From Candidatus Scalindua sp. (GTDB taxonomy: Bacteria > Planctomycetota > Brocadiia > Brocadiales > Scalinduaceae): a stretch of 32,000 nucleotides of DNA. Position numbers and translations under genes: made by a program. Within the stretch, counting starts at the first letter, position 1, and every line of letters starts with the position of its first letter. The notes below the pieces were generated by a model that was given only the letters and a program-made list of their open reading frames with translations, did not search any database and had not been told where the DNA came from. The stretch lies in contig JALDRA010000001.1 of assembly GCA_031316235.1 (NCBI GenBank), forward strand, positions 3,690,001 through 3,722,000, written 5' to 3'. Below are positions 18,229-27,253 of the stretch, in pieces.

Positions 18229-21126
18229 TTGAAGAAATCAATAGTAGCCAGAGGCATCCGGGTACACAACCTGAAAAACATTAATGTAGAGATTCCCTTA
18301 CGCCAGCTGGTTGTTATCACGGGTGTAAGCGGATCCGGCAAATCAAGTCTGGCTTTTGATACCTTGTATGCGGAGGGCCAGAGGAGATATGTTGAATCTT
18401 TTTCTGCGTATGCACGTCAATTTCTTGAGAGAATTGATAAACCTGATGTCGACCACATTGAGGGAATACCTCCTGCAATTGCGATAGAACAGAAGAATTC
18501 GGTAAAAAATCGTCGCTCTACGGTAGGAACGGCAACAGAGATAAATGATTATCTGCGGCTTCTCTTCGCCCGGATAGGCAAGACATACTGCGAAGAGTGC
18601 GGTGAAGAGGTTCAAAACGATACCATATCGCAGATCGCAGAGTATGTATTATCACTCCCGGAGGGCATGAGATTCCTTGTCACATTTCCAATCTCGATAA
18701 GCAAAAGGATCTCCGGTAAGATGCAGCTTGCGGCCTTAAGGGAACGGGGCATTATCAGAATCCTTGCGGACAATGCCATAATAGATATCTCTTCTCTGCC
18801 CAAAAGCTTTAATATACACAAATTTACATCTGTTTCAGGCATTGTCGACAGACTGGTAACCGGGAAAAAGATAAAGGGTCGTCTGGTGGACAGCCTCGAT
18901 TCCGCTTACCGGCTGGGTCACGGATATTTACGGATTGTGTTGCAGGAAAAGTCTGGTCAAATGGATCCTGAGACGGGTCATGAGAGAGGGATAAATCAAA
19001 AATCTTTTAAGAGTCTCATTATCGACGATGTCGAGTGGGCGGAATTATCCTTCAGCAGTTATTTCCGCTGCAGTAGTTGCGATAGGGAGTACCCGACACC
19101 AACCCCTCATCTCTTCTCATTTAACAACCCCCTCGGTGCTTGTCAAAGTTGTCAGGGGTTTGGCCATTCCATTGAGATTGACATGGATCTGGTGATACCC
19201 GACAAGACAAAGTCTATCAACGAAGGTGCAATAGCTCCCTGGAACTCATCCGCTTATTCCGGTTTACTGGAGGAGTTACAGGCAGCTGCATCCCAATTCC
19301 ACATTCCCCTTGACACTCCTTTCAGTAAACTGACAAAGGAGCAGACAGAGACGATCATGGAAGGGACAAAAGAGTTTTGGGGCATTAGAGAGTTCTTCGA
19401 TAAACTGGAGAAGAAGAAATACAAGATGCACGTAAGGGTCTTTCTCAGTAAATACAGGGCATATAACGTATGTCCACAATGCAGCGGTTCAAGGCTGAAC
19501 CCATCCGCCCTTCACGTTAAGGTTGACCGGTATACGATAACGGATATCTGCAGGATGTCTATCGATGAGGCATCTGGCTTTTTCCAGAAGCTGAAACTCA
19601 CAAGATTTGAAATGGATGTGGCAAAGCTGATACTCATGGAGATCAAAAAGAGGCTTGGATACATGGTCAAAGTAGGTTTGGGGTATCTGGCCCTGGATCG
19701 CATGACCCGTACGTTATCCGGCGGTGAGTCTCAAAGGGTGAACCTGACTACCTCGTTAGGCGCATCGCTCGTGAATACCCTCTATATTCTGGATGAACCA
19801 AGTATCGGGCTCCATCCCCGTGATACAAAACGTCTCATCATGATTCTCAAAGAGTTACGGGATATTGGAAATACCGTCCTGGTAGTAGAGCATGACAGAG
19901 AAATAATGCAGGCATGCGATTCACTTATTGACCTGGGGCCGGGTGCAGGGAAGGATGGCGGGAATATCATTTACATAGGCAGCGTTAAAGATATGCCCTC
20001 AGGGAACAAATCACTGACAGGTCAATATTTAAGTGGAAAGAGAAAGATTATTTCCCCTGCTGCCCGGAGAGTTACTGATTTTGCGAGTGTTACGATTACA
20101 GGTGCGTCGGAAAACAATCTGAAAAAGGTTGATGTCACTTTTCCTCTCAAGACATTCACGTGTGTAACGGGGGTTTCCGGGTCAGGGAAAAGTACCCTCG
20201 TTCAGGACACTCTGTATGGTGCTATCAAGAGGAAGTTGGGGATCTACCAGGGATTTGTCGGGAAACATGAGGGAATAATTATTAACGGTCATATTGATAC
20301 TGTCATCCTGGTAGATCAATCACCCATTGGCAGAACACCCAGATCGAATCCGGTAACTTATGTGAAGGTCTTTGATGCGATAAGAAAGATATTCTCCTCC
20401 ACAAAAGAGGCACAACGGTATGGTCTTAAGCCGGGCTCTTTCTCTTTTAATGTGAAGGGTGGCAGATGCGATCTCTGTGAAGGGTGTGGTTACATAAAAG
20501 TGGACATGCAGTTTCTTGCCGATATCTATGTGACGTGTGATCAATGCCACGGTACCCGTTTCCGAAACGATATACTGCAGATCAGCTATAAACAGAAAAA
20601 CATATGTGACGTATTGGAAATGACTGTTAACGATGCGATGGAATTTTTCTCCCATAGTCCCAGGCATACCGATACGGAGAAAAGGAAAACGAGTCTCTCT
20701 CGATCGCTGTCAGAGATAACAAAAGGCTTACAGCACCTTGATGATACCGGTCTCGGGTATTTGAAACTTGGACAGGCAGCGACAACACTTTCAGGCGGTG
20801 AGGCGCAGCGTCTGAAATTAGCGACCTATATGGCAAGGGGGAGAGGGGAGGAGATGCTCTTTATCTTTGATGAGCCGACAACTGGTCTTCATTTTGATGA
20901 CATCCGGAAACTGCTCGATTGTTTTCAGAAACTGATCAATAATGGACACTCGGTAATAGTGATTGAGCATAATCTTGATGTGATAAAGAGTGCGGATCAC
21001 ATCATCGACCTTGGCCCGGAAGGTGGTTGTGATGGAGGGTTTGTCGTAGGCTGCGGTACACCGGGAGAAATTGCAGAACTGGAGAATTCACATACGGGGA
21101 AATTTCTTAAGAAAGCTCGTGCATAA
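18229..21126 (+). CDS. uvrA: excinuclease ABC subunit A
   Basis: 965 aa with a TTG start and AGGTGA SD. It has duplicated ABC modules ([14 protein letters not shown]; [11 protein letters not shown]), Zn-finger Cys clusters, and two LSGGE.QR signatures. Confidence 0.97.
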   Translation: MKKSIVARGIRVHNLKNINVEIPLRQLVVITGVSGSGKSSLAFDTLYAEGQRRYVESFSAYARQFLERIDKPDVDHIEGIPPAIAIEQKNSVKNRRSTVGTATEINDYLRLLFARIGKTYCEECGEEVQNDTISQIAEYVLSLPEGMRFLVTFPISISKRISGKMQLAALRERGIIRILADNAIIDISSLPKSFNIHKFTSVSGIVDRLVTGKKIKGRLVDSLDSAYRLGHGYLRIVLQEKSGQMDPETGHERGINQKSFKSLIIDDVEWAELSFSSYFRCSSCDREYPTPTPHLFSFNNPLGACQSCQGFGHSIEIDMDLVIPDKTKSINEGAIAPWNSSAYSGLLEELQAAASQFHIPLDTPFSKLTKEQTETIMEGTKEFWGIREFFDKLEKKKYKMHVRVFLSKYRAYNVCPQCSGSRLNPSALHVKVDRYTITDICRMSIDEASGFFQKLKLTRFEMDVAKLILMEIKKRLGYMVKVGLGYLALDRMTRTLSGGESQRVNLTTSLGASLVNTLYILDEPSIGLHPRDTKRLIMILKELRDIGNTVLVVEHDREIMQACDSLIDLGPGAGKDGGNIIYIGSVKDMPSGNKSLTGQYLSGKRKIISPAARRVTDFASVTITGASENNLKKVDVTFPLKTFTCVTGVSGSGKSTLVQDTLYGAIKRKLGIYQGFVGKHEGIIINGHIDTVILVDQSPIGRTPRSNPVTYVKVFDAIRKIFSSTKEAQRYGLKPGSFSFNVKGGRCDLCEGCGYIKVDMQFLADIYVTCDQCHGTRFRNDILQISYKQKNICDVLEMTVNDAMEFFSHSPRHTDTEKRKTSLSRSLSEITKGLQHLDDTGLGYLKLGQAATTLSGGEAQRLKLATYMARGRGEEMLFIFDEPTTGLHFDDIRKLLDCFQKLINNGHSVIVIEHNLDVIKSADHIIDLGPEGGCDGGFVVGCGTPGEIAELENSHTGKFLKKARA

Positions 21127-21323
21127 CGTGACTTTCGGCCTAATTGAGGTATTGGTTCTATCTCCATTTTATTAGTGAGGTATCTGAGAACAAAGAGTAT
21201 GACTGATACGTGTAAACCCAAAGCTACGGTTTTTACCTTGTAATCTTGATTGGTAAACGAATCCGTATTCCGATATAAAAATGGGGTTAACCTAGAAACG
21301 GTGAACACTGAACCTTTGAACTC

Positions 21324-22232
21324 TTACGAAAGATCTAACATCCGTTGGATTGTCTTCCTCGCCTTTACCGCGATCTCTTCCGTTACGGTAACGACGTATT
21401 GAAGATCTTCTAATGACCACATTACCTTTTCCAGTGTGTTTAATTTCATGTTAGGGCAATCTGACAAAGGTGTAGCAGCGATAAAGATCTTTTCAGGATT
21501 TTCCTGGCGTAAACGATGGAGTATGCCAATTTCCGTTCCAATAATGAACTCCCTGGTATGGTTACTACCCGCATACTTTATGATACCCGTTGTGCTTGCG
21601 ACATGGTCGGCCAGAGCAATCACGTCAGGGGTACACTCAGGATGCACGACTATCTTTGCCTCAGGATGTTCGGATTTCAGTTTTACCAGATGTTCAGCGA
21701 GTATCCGGTGGTGTGAAGGGCAATAGCCATCCCAGTAAATCATTTTACGGTTCAGGCAGGATGAGACGTAAGCACCGAGGCTCTTATCAGGGACAAACAA
21801 GATCTCTCTCTCTTCAGGTATGGATGCTACGATCTTGGTTGCATTTGCGGAAGTACAACAGATATCGCTCTCCGCTTTAACGGCTGCGGAGCTATTAACA
21901 TAACAGACAACCGCAGCATTGGGATAGAGTTTCTTTTTTTCCCTGAGCTCTCGTGCTGTTATCATGGATGCCATAGGGCATCCGGCATTTTCGTCCGGCA
22001 TAATGACCGTTTTGTCAGGACAGAGCATTGCAGCGGTTTCTGCCATGAAGTGCACGCCGCAAAATACTATCAAGTCAGCTTCAGTCTCTGCTGCCTGCTG
22101 AGAAAGCCCCAAAGAGTCTCCGACAAAATCAGCTACATCCTGTATCTCACCACGCTGGTAATTATGTGCTAAAATTATTGCGTTATGTTTTTTTCTCAGC
22201 TCAGAAATCCTCTCAACGATAGGATCTGTCAA
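21324..22232 (-). CDS. nadA: quinolinate synthase A
   Basis: 302 aa with a TTG start preceded by AAAGGAG. Motifs present: ILAHNYQ..EIQDVADFVGDSL, FCGVHFMAET and the conserved Cys ligands. Confidence 0.93.
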   Translation of the reverse strand: MTDPIVERISELRKKHNAIILAHNYQRGEIQDVADFVGDSLGLSQQAAETEADLIVFCGVHFMAETAAMLCPDKTVIMPDENAGCPMASMITARELREKKKLYPNAAVVCYVNSSAAVKAESDICCTSANATKIVASIPEEREILFVPDKSLGAYVSSCLNRKMIYWDGYCPSHHRILAEHLVKLKSEHPEAKIVVHPECTPDVIALADHVASTTGIIKYAGSNHTREFIIGTEIGILHRLRQENPEKIFIAATPLSDCPNMKLNTLEKVMWSLEDLQYVVTVTEEIAVKARKTIQRMLDLS

Positions 22233-22556
22233 TCTCTTACTCCTTTATAAGAACCCAATGTGCCGCAAAAGCGGTGAAGAATTAAATAAGAAGTATTATT
22301 AAGTAAAATTCCTATTATTACAACAGTTTTTTATTTTTGTAGTATACTTGGCTGAAATAGTAAATTAATTACAAAACCTATCTTTGTCCTATTAATATGC
22401 TTAAAGGGAAACCCCGCAGTTTAACCAAAACTGCCAAGTTAGAGGACACGTAATAATTTTGTAACAGGGATTTACTAAAGTACTTGAGGATTGCAGAATT
22501 ATTACAGCAATGCGTTAGATGGATAGTTTTCGATAAATTACTAACTTTGAATTCAC

Positions 22557-22585
22557 TTGACACCTTATGCCGTTTTTGATAATTT
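22557..22585 (+). promoter_or_regulatory. putative promoter of the tRNA gene
   Basis: TTGACA (22557-22562) is followed after 15-17 nt by GATAATTT (22578-22585). The tRNA 5' end lies ~25 nt downstream. Confidence 0.4.
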
Positions 22586-22609
22586 GACCAATTCGTGAAG
22601 GTATATTAG

Positions 22610-22683
22610 GGGCGATTAGCTCAGTTGGCTAGAGCACTTGCTCGACAAGCAAGGGGTCACTGGTTCGAGTCCAGTATCGCCCA
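22610..22683 (+). tRNA. tRNA, anticodon loop TCGACAA = Val(GAC)-like; integration target of the downstream island
   Basis: Cloverleaf by eye: acceptor GGGCGAT/ATCGCCC, D-arm GCTC-AGTTGGCTA-GAGC, anticodon arm CTTGC-TCGACAA-GCAAG, variable loop GGGTC, T-arm ACTGG-TTCGAGT-CCAGT, discriminator A. CCA is not encoded. Confidence 0.8.
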
Positions 22684-22711
22684 TATTGTCTCACAAGGAC
22701 TTATGATAAAT

Positions 22712-23773
22712 TTAGATATGTTTTGAAACCTCTTTTCTCTCCACTGTAGTCAAATTGTAGTCAACTTTTTCCAAAACCTTTACACAACCCCTTAAACTGT
22801 CAGGACAATGGTGTGCATAGCGTTGTGTCATTTTCATGTTTTTGTGACCAAGCAGCTTTGAAATTGAATAGAGATCGACTCCATTCCGGGTTAACCTGGT
22901 TGCAAAAGTATGACGCAGACAGTGAAAAGTAAAATCCCTTATCCCGGCTTTCTCTAAAGCATAAGCAAATGCCCTGATAAGGTTGCGTTTAAAAATCTTT
23001 GTTCCTGCATTACTAGAAAATACTAAATCGTTTTTGATATTTCTTACCTTTTCACCAGACTTCTTTTGAAGAACACCCAACGCAATACTATTTAGGGGCA
23101 AAGTTTTCGGTTTACCATTCTTTGTCTCTTTAATGAGTATAGTTTTACGGAATAAATCCACCCGAGACCATTCAAGAGAAAGTAGTTCATCCTGCCGAAG
23201 TCCTGTATTTAGACCAAAGATGATTATATCCCTAAGCCAAAGGGGGGAAGCATCAAGAAGCCTTCTTTCCTCGTCTTCTGTCAGCCAACGATCGACCTCA
23301 TTGTCCTCTTTCTCTTTTTGCACTTTGGAAACAGGGTTATCTTTTAGCCACTCCCACTCCTTAACCGCTAAATTGAAAGCCTTTGAAAGCATATAAAGTT
23401 CACGGTTAATGGTAGATGGGCTTGCGCCCTTATCTCTCCGATATACTTTATATGGAGCAATTACCTTTGGTGTTATAGAGCTTAAAACCTGGTTACCAAA
23501 GAAACTACCAAGATTTTTTAAATAGTAGGTGTATGCTTTCCGGGTATTAACTGATACTGTTGGGGCATACTCCTTCATAAACTTCTCCATCATATCGTTG
23601 AAAGTTTTCCTGCTGCTAATGGGCTTCTCTAAATACTTATCTTCAACAAGTTCAGTCCTTATTTTTGCCTCTATTGATTGAGCAAGTTTCCTGTCGGTAG
23701 TCTCAAGGCTCTTCTGAATCTTTCTACCATTATGTCTAATACACGTCCACCAAACACCACTTCGTTTAAACAT
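22712..23773 (-). CDS. int: tyrosine-type site-specific integrase
   Basis: Catalytic C-terminus HCLRHTFATRL...LLGHKNMKMTQRYAH (H-x-x-R...Y). A strong SD GGAAGGAGG lies 5 nt upstream of the ATG at 23773. The ORF is also open to 23827, where an ATG would overlap the xis stop as TAATG. Confidence 0.9.
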   Translation of the reverse strand: MFKRSGVWWTCIRHNGRKIQKSLETTDRKLAQSIEAKIRTELVEDKYLEKPISSRKTFNDMMEKFMKEYAPTVSVNTRKAYTYYLKNLGSFFGNQVLSSITPKVIAPYKVYRRDKGASPSTINRELYMLSKAFNLAVKEWEWLKDNPVSKVQKEKEDNEVDRWLTEDEERRLLDASPLWLRDIIIFGLNTGLRQDELLSLEWSRVDLFRKTILIKETKNGKPKTLPLNSIALGVLQKKSGEKVRNIKNDLVFSSNAGTKIFKRNLIRAFAYALEKAGIRDFTFHCLRHTFATRLTRNGVDLYSISKLLGHKNMKMTQRYAHHCPDSLRGCVKVLEKVDYNLTTVERKEVSKHI

Positions 23774-23826
23774 TTGTACCTCCTTCCCCGAAGCCTGATT
23801 GTGTCTGTATGACGCTATCGGAATCA

Positions 23827-24072
23827 TTATATACCATTACCATGAAGGTCTCCAAGGATTTTATTAGCAGTCTTTTCTTGTTGATTGAAAGAACATTTGA
23901 GACTTCCCATAAAGGAATCGATCTCTTTTAAATCAAATAGCCTGCGTCGACCGATCTTGATAGAAGGAATCCTACCCTGACTCGCCCATTCATATAATGA
24001 CTTTACTGGTAAACTTGTGTAGGTAGACAATTCTTTTATGTTTACATAACGTTTAGGCATATTTTTTATCAT
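23827..24072 (-). CDS. xis: excisionase-family (HTH_17/MerR-like) DNA-binding protein
   Basis: 81 aa. YVNIKELSTYTSLPVKSLYEWASQGRIPSIKIGRRRLFDLKEIDSFM matches the excisionase-type helix-turn-helix. The gene lies immediately upstream of int. Confidence 0.75.
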   Translation of the reverse strand: MIKNMPKRYVNIKELSTYTSLPVKSLYEWASQGRIPSIKIGRRRLFDLKEIDSFMGSLKCSFNQQEKTANKILGDLHGNGI

Positions 24073-24127
24073 TAGGTTTTATTTCTGATTTTATTTAATT
24101 CTATTAGTTATTATTATATATATAATA

Positions 24128-24160
24128 ATACTGTACACCCCCTGTACTTTAGTACCTTGT
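24128..24160. repeat. direct repeat DR1 (promoter/operator-like), upstream of xis
   Basis: ATACTGTACACCCCCTGTACTTTAGTACCTTGT next to an alternating-AT tract. It matches DR2 at 28103-28137 (30 identical positions, 3 substitutions, one 2-nt indel, by hand). Confidence 0.7.
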
Positions 24161-24179
24161 TACTTACTGTGACTTATAA

Positions 24180-25025
24180 TTAAGTATAGTTGTCTGTTGT
24201 TATAAGCTCTACATCACGTATTAACTTAGCTAAACAGAATTCATCGGAGTTCTGTAAATTTCCATTTTTTATCCACTTTAGAATCATATACAACCCCATA
24301 ATAAAAGCCCCTCTAAAACATGCTGTTAACGTTTTATTTGATTCATGAATATCTTCCAAAAATATTTGAATTAACAGCTTTATAGGATAGGAAATGCGTG
24401 TTTGTATCCAGCACTTTTCATTGTTATTTCTAGAAATGCTTTTAAAATCAAATATTTCATTCCTATCAATTCTGTAGTCTAACGAATCGCATAAGTCCTT
24501 AATTGTCTTTGGCACATCTAATTGAATTCCATTTGTTTTAATTGGTTTTACATCTATTTCAGCACCAAGCATTAAGTTGAACTTATTACTACCGTATTTG
24601 TTTACTACTTCTTCAAGTTTTTTGATAGCTAATGGATACTGTCGCACTGGAATCACTCCATCAAGCACATTAGAGAATTTTTCTCTAGTATGCTTAGTAC
24701 TCGCATATTTTGAATCCTTCATGATTTTTATAATTTGGCCATCCCTTATATTATGTTTCTTTGCCAAACCTATTGTACCAATACAAATTGCACCTTTTGC
24801 CAAGCTGTACTTCTCCATGTTAAAGACTGGAAGCAGTTTTTCTGCTATAACATAATCCCATTCGGACACACAAAAATTTGTTTTAATTGCTTTATTATTG
24901 CCACCATCCCATCCCACTAAATCAAAGAACATGTCCGGGGATATCTCATTTTCAACGCCTTTGTAGAAACCATGTGGTATATTCTTCATTCCTGTTATCG
25001 TGTTGCTATTTCCTGGCATAGCCAT
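24180..25025 (-). CDS. hypothetical protein (281 aa), no recognisable family
   Basis: Long ORF with SD GGGAGG ~8 nt upstream of the ATG at 25025. It is the most AT-rich gene in the window. No motifs recognised. Confidence 0.6.
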   Translation of the reverse strand: MAMPGNSNTITGMKNIPHGFYKGVENEISPDMFFDLVGWDGGNNKAIKTNFCVSEWDYVIAEKLLPVFNMEKYSLAKGAICIGTIGLAKKHNIRDGQIIKIMKDSKYASTKHTREKFSNVLDGVIPVRQYPLAIKKLEEVVNKYGSNKFNLMLGAEIDVKPIKTNGIQLDVPKTIKDLCDSLDYRIDRNEIFDFKSISRNNNEKCWIQTRISYPIKLLIQIFLEDIHESNKTLTACFRGAFIMGLYMILKWIKNGNLQNSDEFCLAKLIRDVELITTDNYT

Positions 25026-25084
25026 TTCTCAGATACCTCCCATCTAATTTTATGTTATAAATATTAAAGTAAGTACAGTTTGCT

Positions 25085-25300
25085 ATTTAAAGGGGCGCTG
25101 CCCCTCGTCGCTCACTTCGTTCGCTCCTCACCCCGGAGTTTTCTCCACCAGAGGCACCAGTCCCTCTCAACGCATCCTATTTTTTATATCCAGCCAACGG
25201 AGACCGTGCCTCTTGGTGTCGCAGGTTGCTCTCCAGCATTGCCTGCTCTAAGTTTTAGCCTCCGCTGGCTTGTAATTATTGCTTACGCATTTTTATAAAA
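25085..25300 (-). ncRNA. candidate structured non-coding RNA (GC-rich patch between Zn-ribbon gene and 281-aa gene)
   Basis: No credible ORF, and clearly more GC-rich than the flanks. Helices by eye: 25192-25200 with 25262-25270 (9 bp; one position is G.U only on the minus strand); 25146-25157 with 25206-25218 (12 bp + 1 bulge, crossing the first helix); GGAG-TTTT-CTCC (25135-25146); a terminal hairpin AGGGGC-GCT-GCCCCT (25091-25105) followed on the minus strand by TTTAAAT. Confidence 0.3.
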
Positions 25301-25356
25301 TGAACGTAGAAAAGAAAAAAGTTGTGTTTAATGTGGAAATATACAGTCAATTCAAA

Positions 25357-25376
25357 TTGCTCCACTGCTAGAGCAA
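25357..25376 (-). terminator. weak terminator-like hairpin after the Zn-ribbon gene
   Basis: TTGCTC-8 nt-GAGCAA, followed on the minus strand by TTTGAATT. The stem is short and the U-tract poor. Confidence 0.25.
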
Positions 25377-25402
25377 AAAGCCTCGGTAAATTCCGTCATT
25401 TT

Positions 25403-25615
25403 TTATATAAGATTATGGATGTTTCCTTTCCCTCTATGCCCTGGGATCTTACCAAACCTATAAGGATACAAAGGGCAATTCAGACTTTCACATTTCTTTA
25501 CCTCAGATGTTGACCAGTTAAAGCACTCAAGGCATTGATACCTGATAGCCTTAAGTGGTGTTAATAATACTTCTTTTGTCCCACCATCTTTTGATTGTAT
25601 TACGTGTTTAATCAT
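25403..25615 (-). CDS. small Zn-ribbon protein (CxxC...Cx4C, CPLYPYRFGK motif)
   Basis: 70 aa. The QCLEC...KKCESLNCPLYPYRFGK pattern is common in small phage/island proteins. Its start overlaps the upstream HTH gene stop by ATGA. Confidence 0.65.
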   Translation of the reverse strand: MIKHVIQSKDGGTKEVLLTPLKAIRYQCLECFNWSTSEVKKCESLNCPLYPYRFGKIPGHRGKGNIHNLI

Positions 25616-25818
25616 TTTGCTGATACCGCATAAAGAGCCTGTTTAATTTTTTGAATATCACTGTTTCTATAAAGACGCTGCCCATTATCTAAGGTAATAA
25701 AATCCTCTGCTTTTATCTTTCTTGACTCAAACAGATATGTCAACTTGTGACGGGGGATGTCAAGGATCCTCAATGCTTCAGAAACACTAAATAATCTTTC
25801 TTCCGGTTGGTGTGACAT
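25612..25818 (-). CDS. small excisionase/MerR-like HTH DNA-binding protein (AlpA-like regulator candidate)
   Basis: 68 aa. FSVSEALRILDIPRHKLTYLFESRKI is a helix-turn-helix. SD AAGGAGGAAA precedes the ATG. Confidence 0.7.
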   Translation of the reverse strand: MSHQPEERLFSVSEALRILDIPRHKLTYLFESRKIKAEDFITLDNGQRLYRNSDIQKIKQALYAVSAK

Positions 25819-25876
25819 TCCATTTCCTCCTTATAAAGTAATCAAGAATAAAAATTAACCCTTATACTAAACATGC

Positions 25877-25914
25877 GCTACTTTTGAGGTAGCGATCGCT
25901 ACTTTTGGGGTAGC
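25877..25914. promoter_or_regulatory. tandem palindromic operator upstream of the HTH/Zn-ribbon operon
   Basis: GCTAC-TTTTGAG-GTAGC GATC GCTAC-TTTTGGG-GTAGC. The junction GTAGCGATCGCTAC is itself a perfect 14-bp palindrome. The site lies ~60-95 nt upstream of the ATG at 25818, followed on the minus strand by TAGTAT/TATAAG -10-like boxes. Confidence 0.55.
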
Positions 25915-26021
25915 AAATAAAAAAAGTTTAAAATAAATGGGAAATTTCTACTTTGAATATTGAAGGAAAGGTTCTACAGAAATGTTATATTTGTGGTAGT
26001 ACAATGAATTGAGGTTGGAGT

Positions 26022-27155
26022 TTAGAGTTTCCAGAGTATAGGCTTCTCTGGTTTATAAGAACAATAGGTTCCTATAGTGAGATTGGAAGTGAAGTGTTTC
26101 CAAAGAGAGGGATGATCATTCCTGATTTTATTAAGACTGGTATTGACAGCCTTAGAGACTGCTTTTCGTGCTTTTTCAGCGTCACCTGGAAAATCCCTTG
26201 GACGCCCATTGTTATCTGTTCCGGCACTAAGTGCTTTCTTGATTTGTTCCATTTTATTTACAATTTTAGCTATACTTACATCGCTTTTTGGGATTTCATC
26301 ATCTTCGAGTTCAGCATTGAGGTCATCGTATCTTTTTCGGATGCTTGTAATATATTCTGTGTCCACCATTGCGTCTCTTCTTTCTATCTCTGTTAATGAA
26401 ACCCTATTTTTGATTAAATCTGTTAACTTAAGAACGTGGAATTCTTGTCCAGGAGTTTTCAATAGGAAATATATATATTCCAAACCTTTCATATGTTTAA
26501 GCTGGATGGGTTTATTATCATAAACGATATCCCAGTAATCACCACCACTCTTCCTCCTAAATACATTACCTTTTAGCAATTTCTCATCTGCATACGATGC
26601 CTTTGGTTGCAAGTGTTTGATTTTCTCACTTTGGGCCAGGGACAATAAAGCAGTTGCATCATGTACTTCGTTATTTAGGCTAGGGTCTCTTGATGACTCT
26701 CTGTCAATTATCATTCTTTTAAGTGCATCATGTGCTCCCATGATTGCAAGAATTGCCAAGATGTGATAGTCTTCGATTTGTTTGCCTAGTGTTGGTTTGG
26801 CATTATCCTTAACTAAGCTTATAGCTCTTTCATATCCGTCACGAAGAGTGCTTTCTGGATAACCTTGGTCATAATCTACAAGACTGTTTATTACTTCAGG
26901 ATATGTATCAGCGATAGATCGTGCAGACGCTAATTTTTGTTGCAAGTCTTCATTGTCTCCTGTTGGATAGAAGTTTGATGAAACACCTGAATGGCTACAA
27001 GTATATTTAATGTCCCATATTTCTCTTGCATCCGTTATAACATTCCAACAACTGTATATTGGATGACCCACACATGCTCCTCCGCTAAATAAGAATCCCA
27101 ATAACGGGCACCAATCACTTGCGATAAACTTTTTATATAACTCTTCACTTACCAC
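26022..27155 (-). CDS. hypothetical protein (377 aa): unknown N-terminal domain + C-terminal winged-helix-like domain of an uncharacterised widespread family
   Basis: GTG start with SD GAGGGA. The C-terminal half carries FRRKSGGDYWDIVYDNKPIQLKHMKGLEYIYFLLKTPGQEFHVLKL ... AEKARKAVSKAVNTSLNKIRNDHPSLWKHF..IGTYCSYKP. I recall this pattern from many unannotated bacterial proteins. Confidence 0.7.
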   Translation of the reverse strand: MVSEELYKKFIASDWCPLLGFLFSGGACVGHPIYSCWNVITDAREIWDIKYTCSHSGVSSNFYPTGDNEDLQQKLASARSIADTYPEVINSLVDYDQGYPESTLRDGYERAISLVKDNAKPTLGKQIEDYHILAILAIMGAHDALKRMIIDRESSRDPSLNNEVHDATALLSLAQSEKIKHLQPKASYADEKLLKGNVFRRKSGGDYWDIVYDNKPIQLKHMKGLEYIYFLLKTPGQEFHVLKLTDLIKNRVSLTEIERRDAMVDTEYITSIRKRYDDLNAELEDDEIPKSDVSIAKIVNKMEQIKKALSAGTDNNGRPRDFPGDAEKARKAVSKAVNTSLNKIRNDHPSLWKHFTSNLTIGTYCSYKPEKPILWKL

Positions 27156-27195
27156 TTATCATCCCTCTAAAATGACAACCCTCTATAAATAAAAT

Positions 27196-27236
27196 GGTGG
27201 GCAGGCTGTAGAGGACAGCTTTTCGGGGAGCTCACC
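27196..27236 (-). promoter_or_regulatory. structured 5' leader hairpin (terminator/attenuator-like) just upstream of the 377-aa gene
   Basis: Outer stem GGTGGGC/GCTCACC encloses the inner hairpin GCTGT-AGAGG-ACAGC. On the minus strand it is followed by ATTTTATTTAT and then the RBS. On the plus strand the inner hairpin is followed by TTTT. Confidence 0.3.
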
Positions 27237-27253
27237 CTAGCCCAGATGTACTT

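Noticed and set aside
22233-22380. NAD+ riboswitch (nadA motif) in the nadA leader
   Set aside because: Only a 4-bp CCGC-TTTT-GCGG hairpin is visible. I cannot reproduce the riboswitch consensus from memory with enough certainty, and nothing else looks structured. An Infernal search is needed.
25080-25298. 72-aa plus-strand ORF covering the GC-rich patch
   Set aside because: It starts at TTG with no SD, lies opposite to all neighbours, and has a Ser/Pro/Leu-rich low-complexity translation. The region is better explained by RNA structure.
25877-25914. Possible mini-CRISPR array
   Set aside because: There are only two 17-nt units separated by 4 nt, and no spacers or cas genes. The position upstream of an HTH gene fits an operator.
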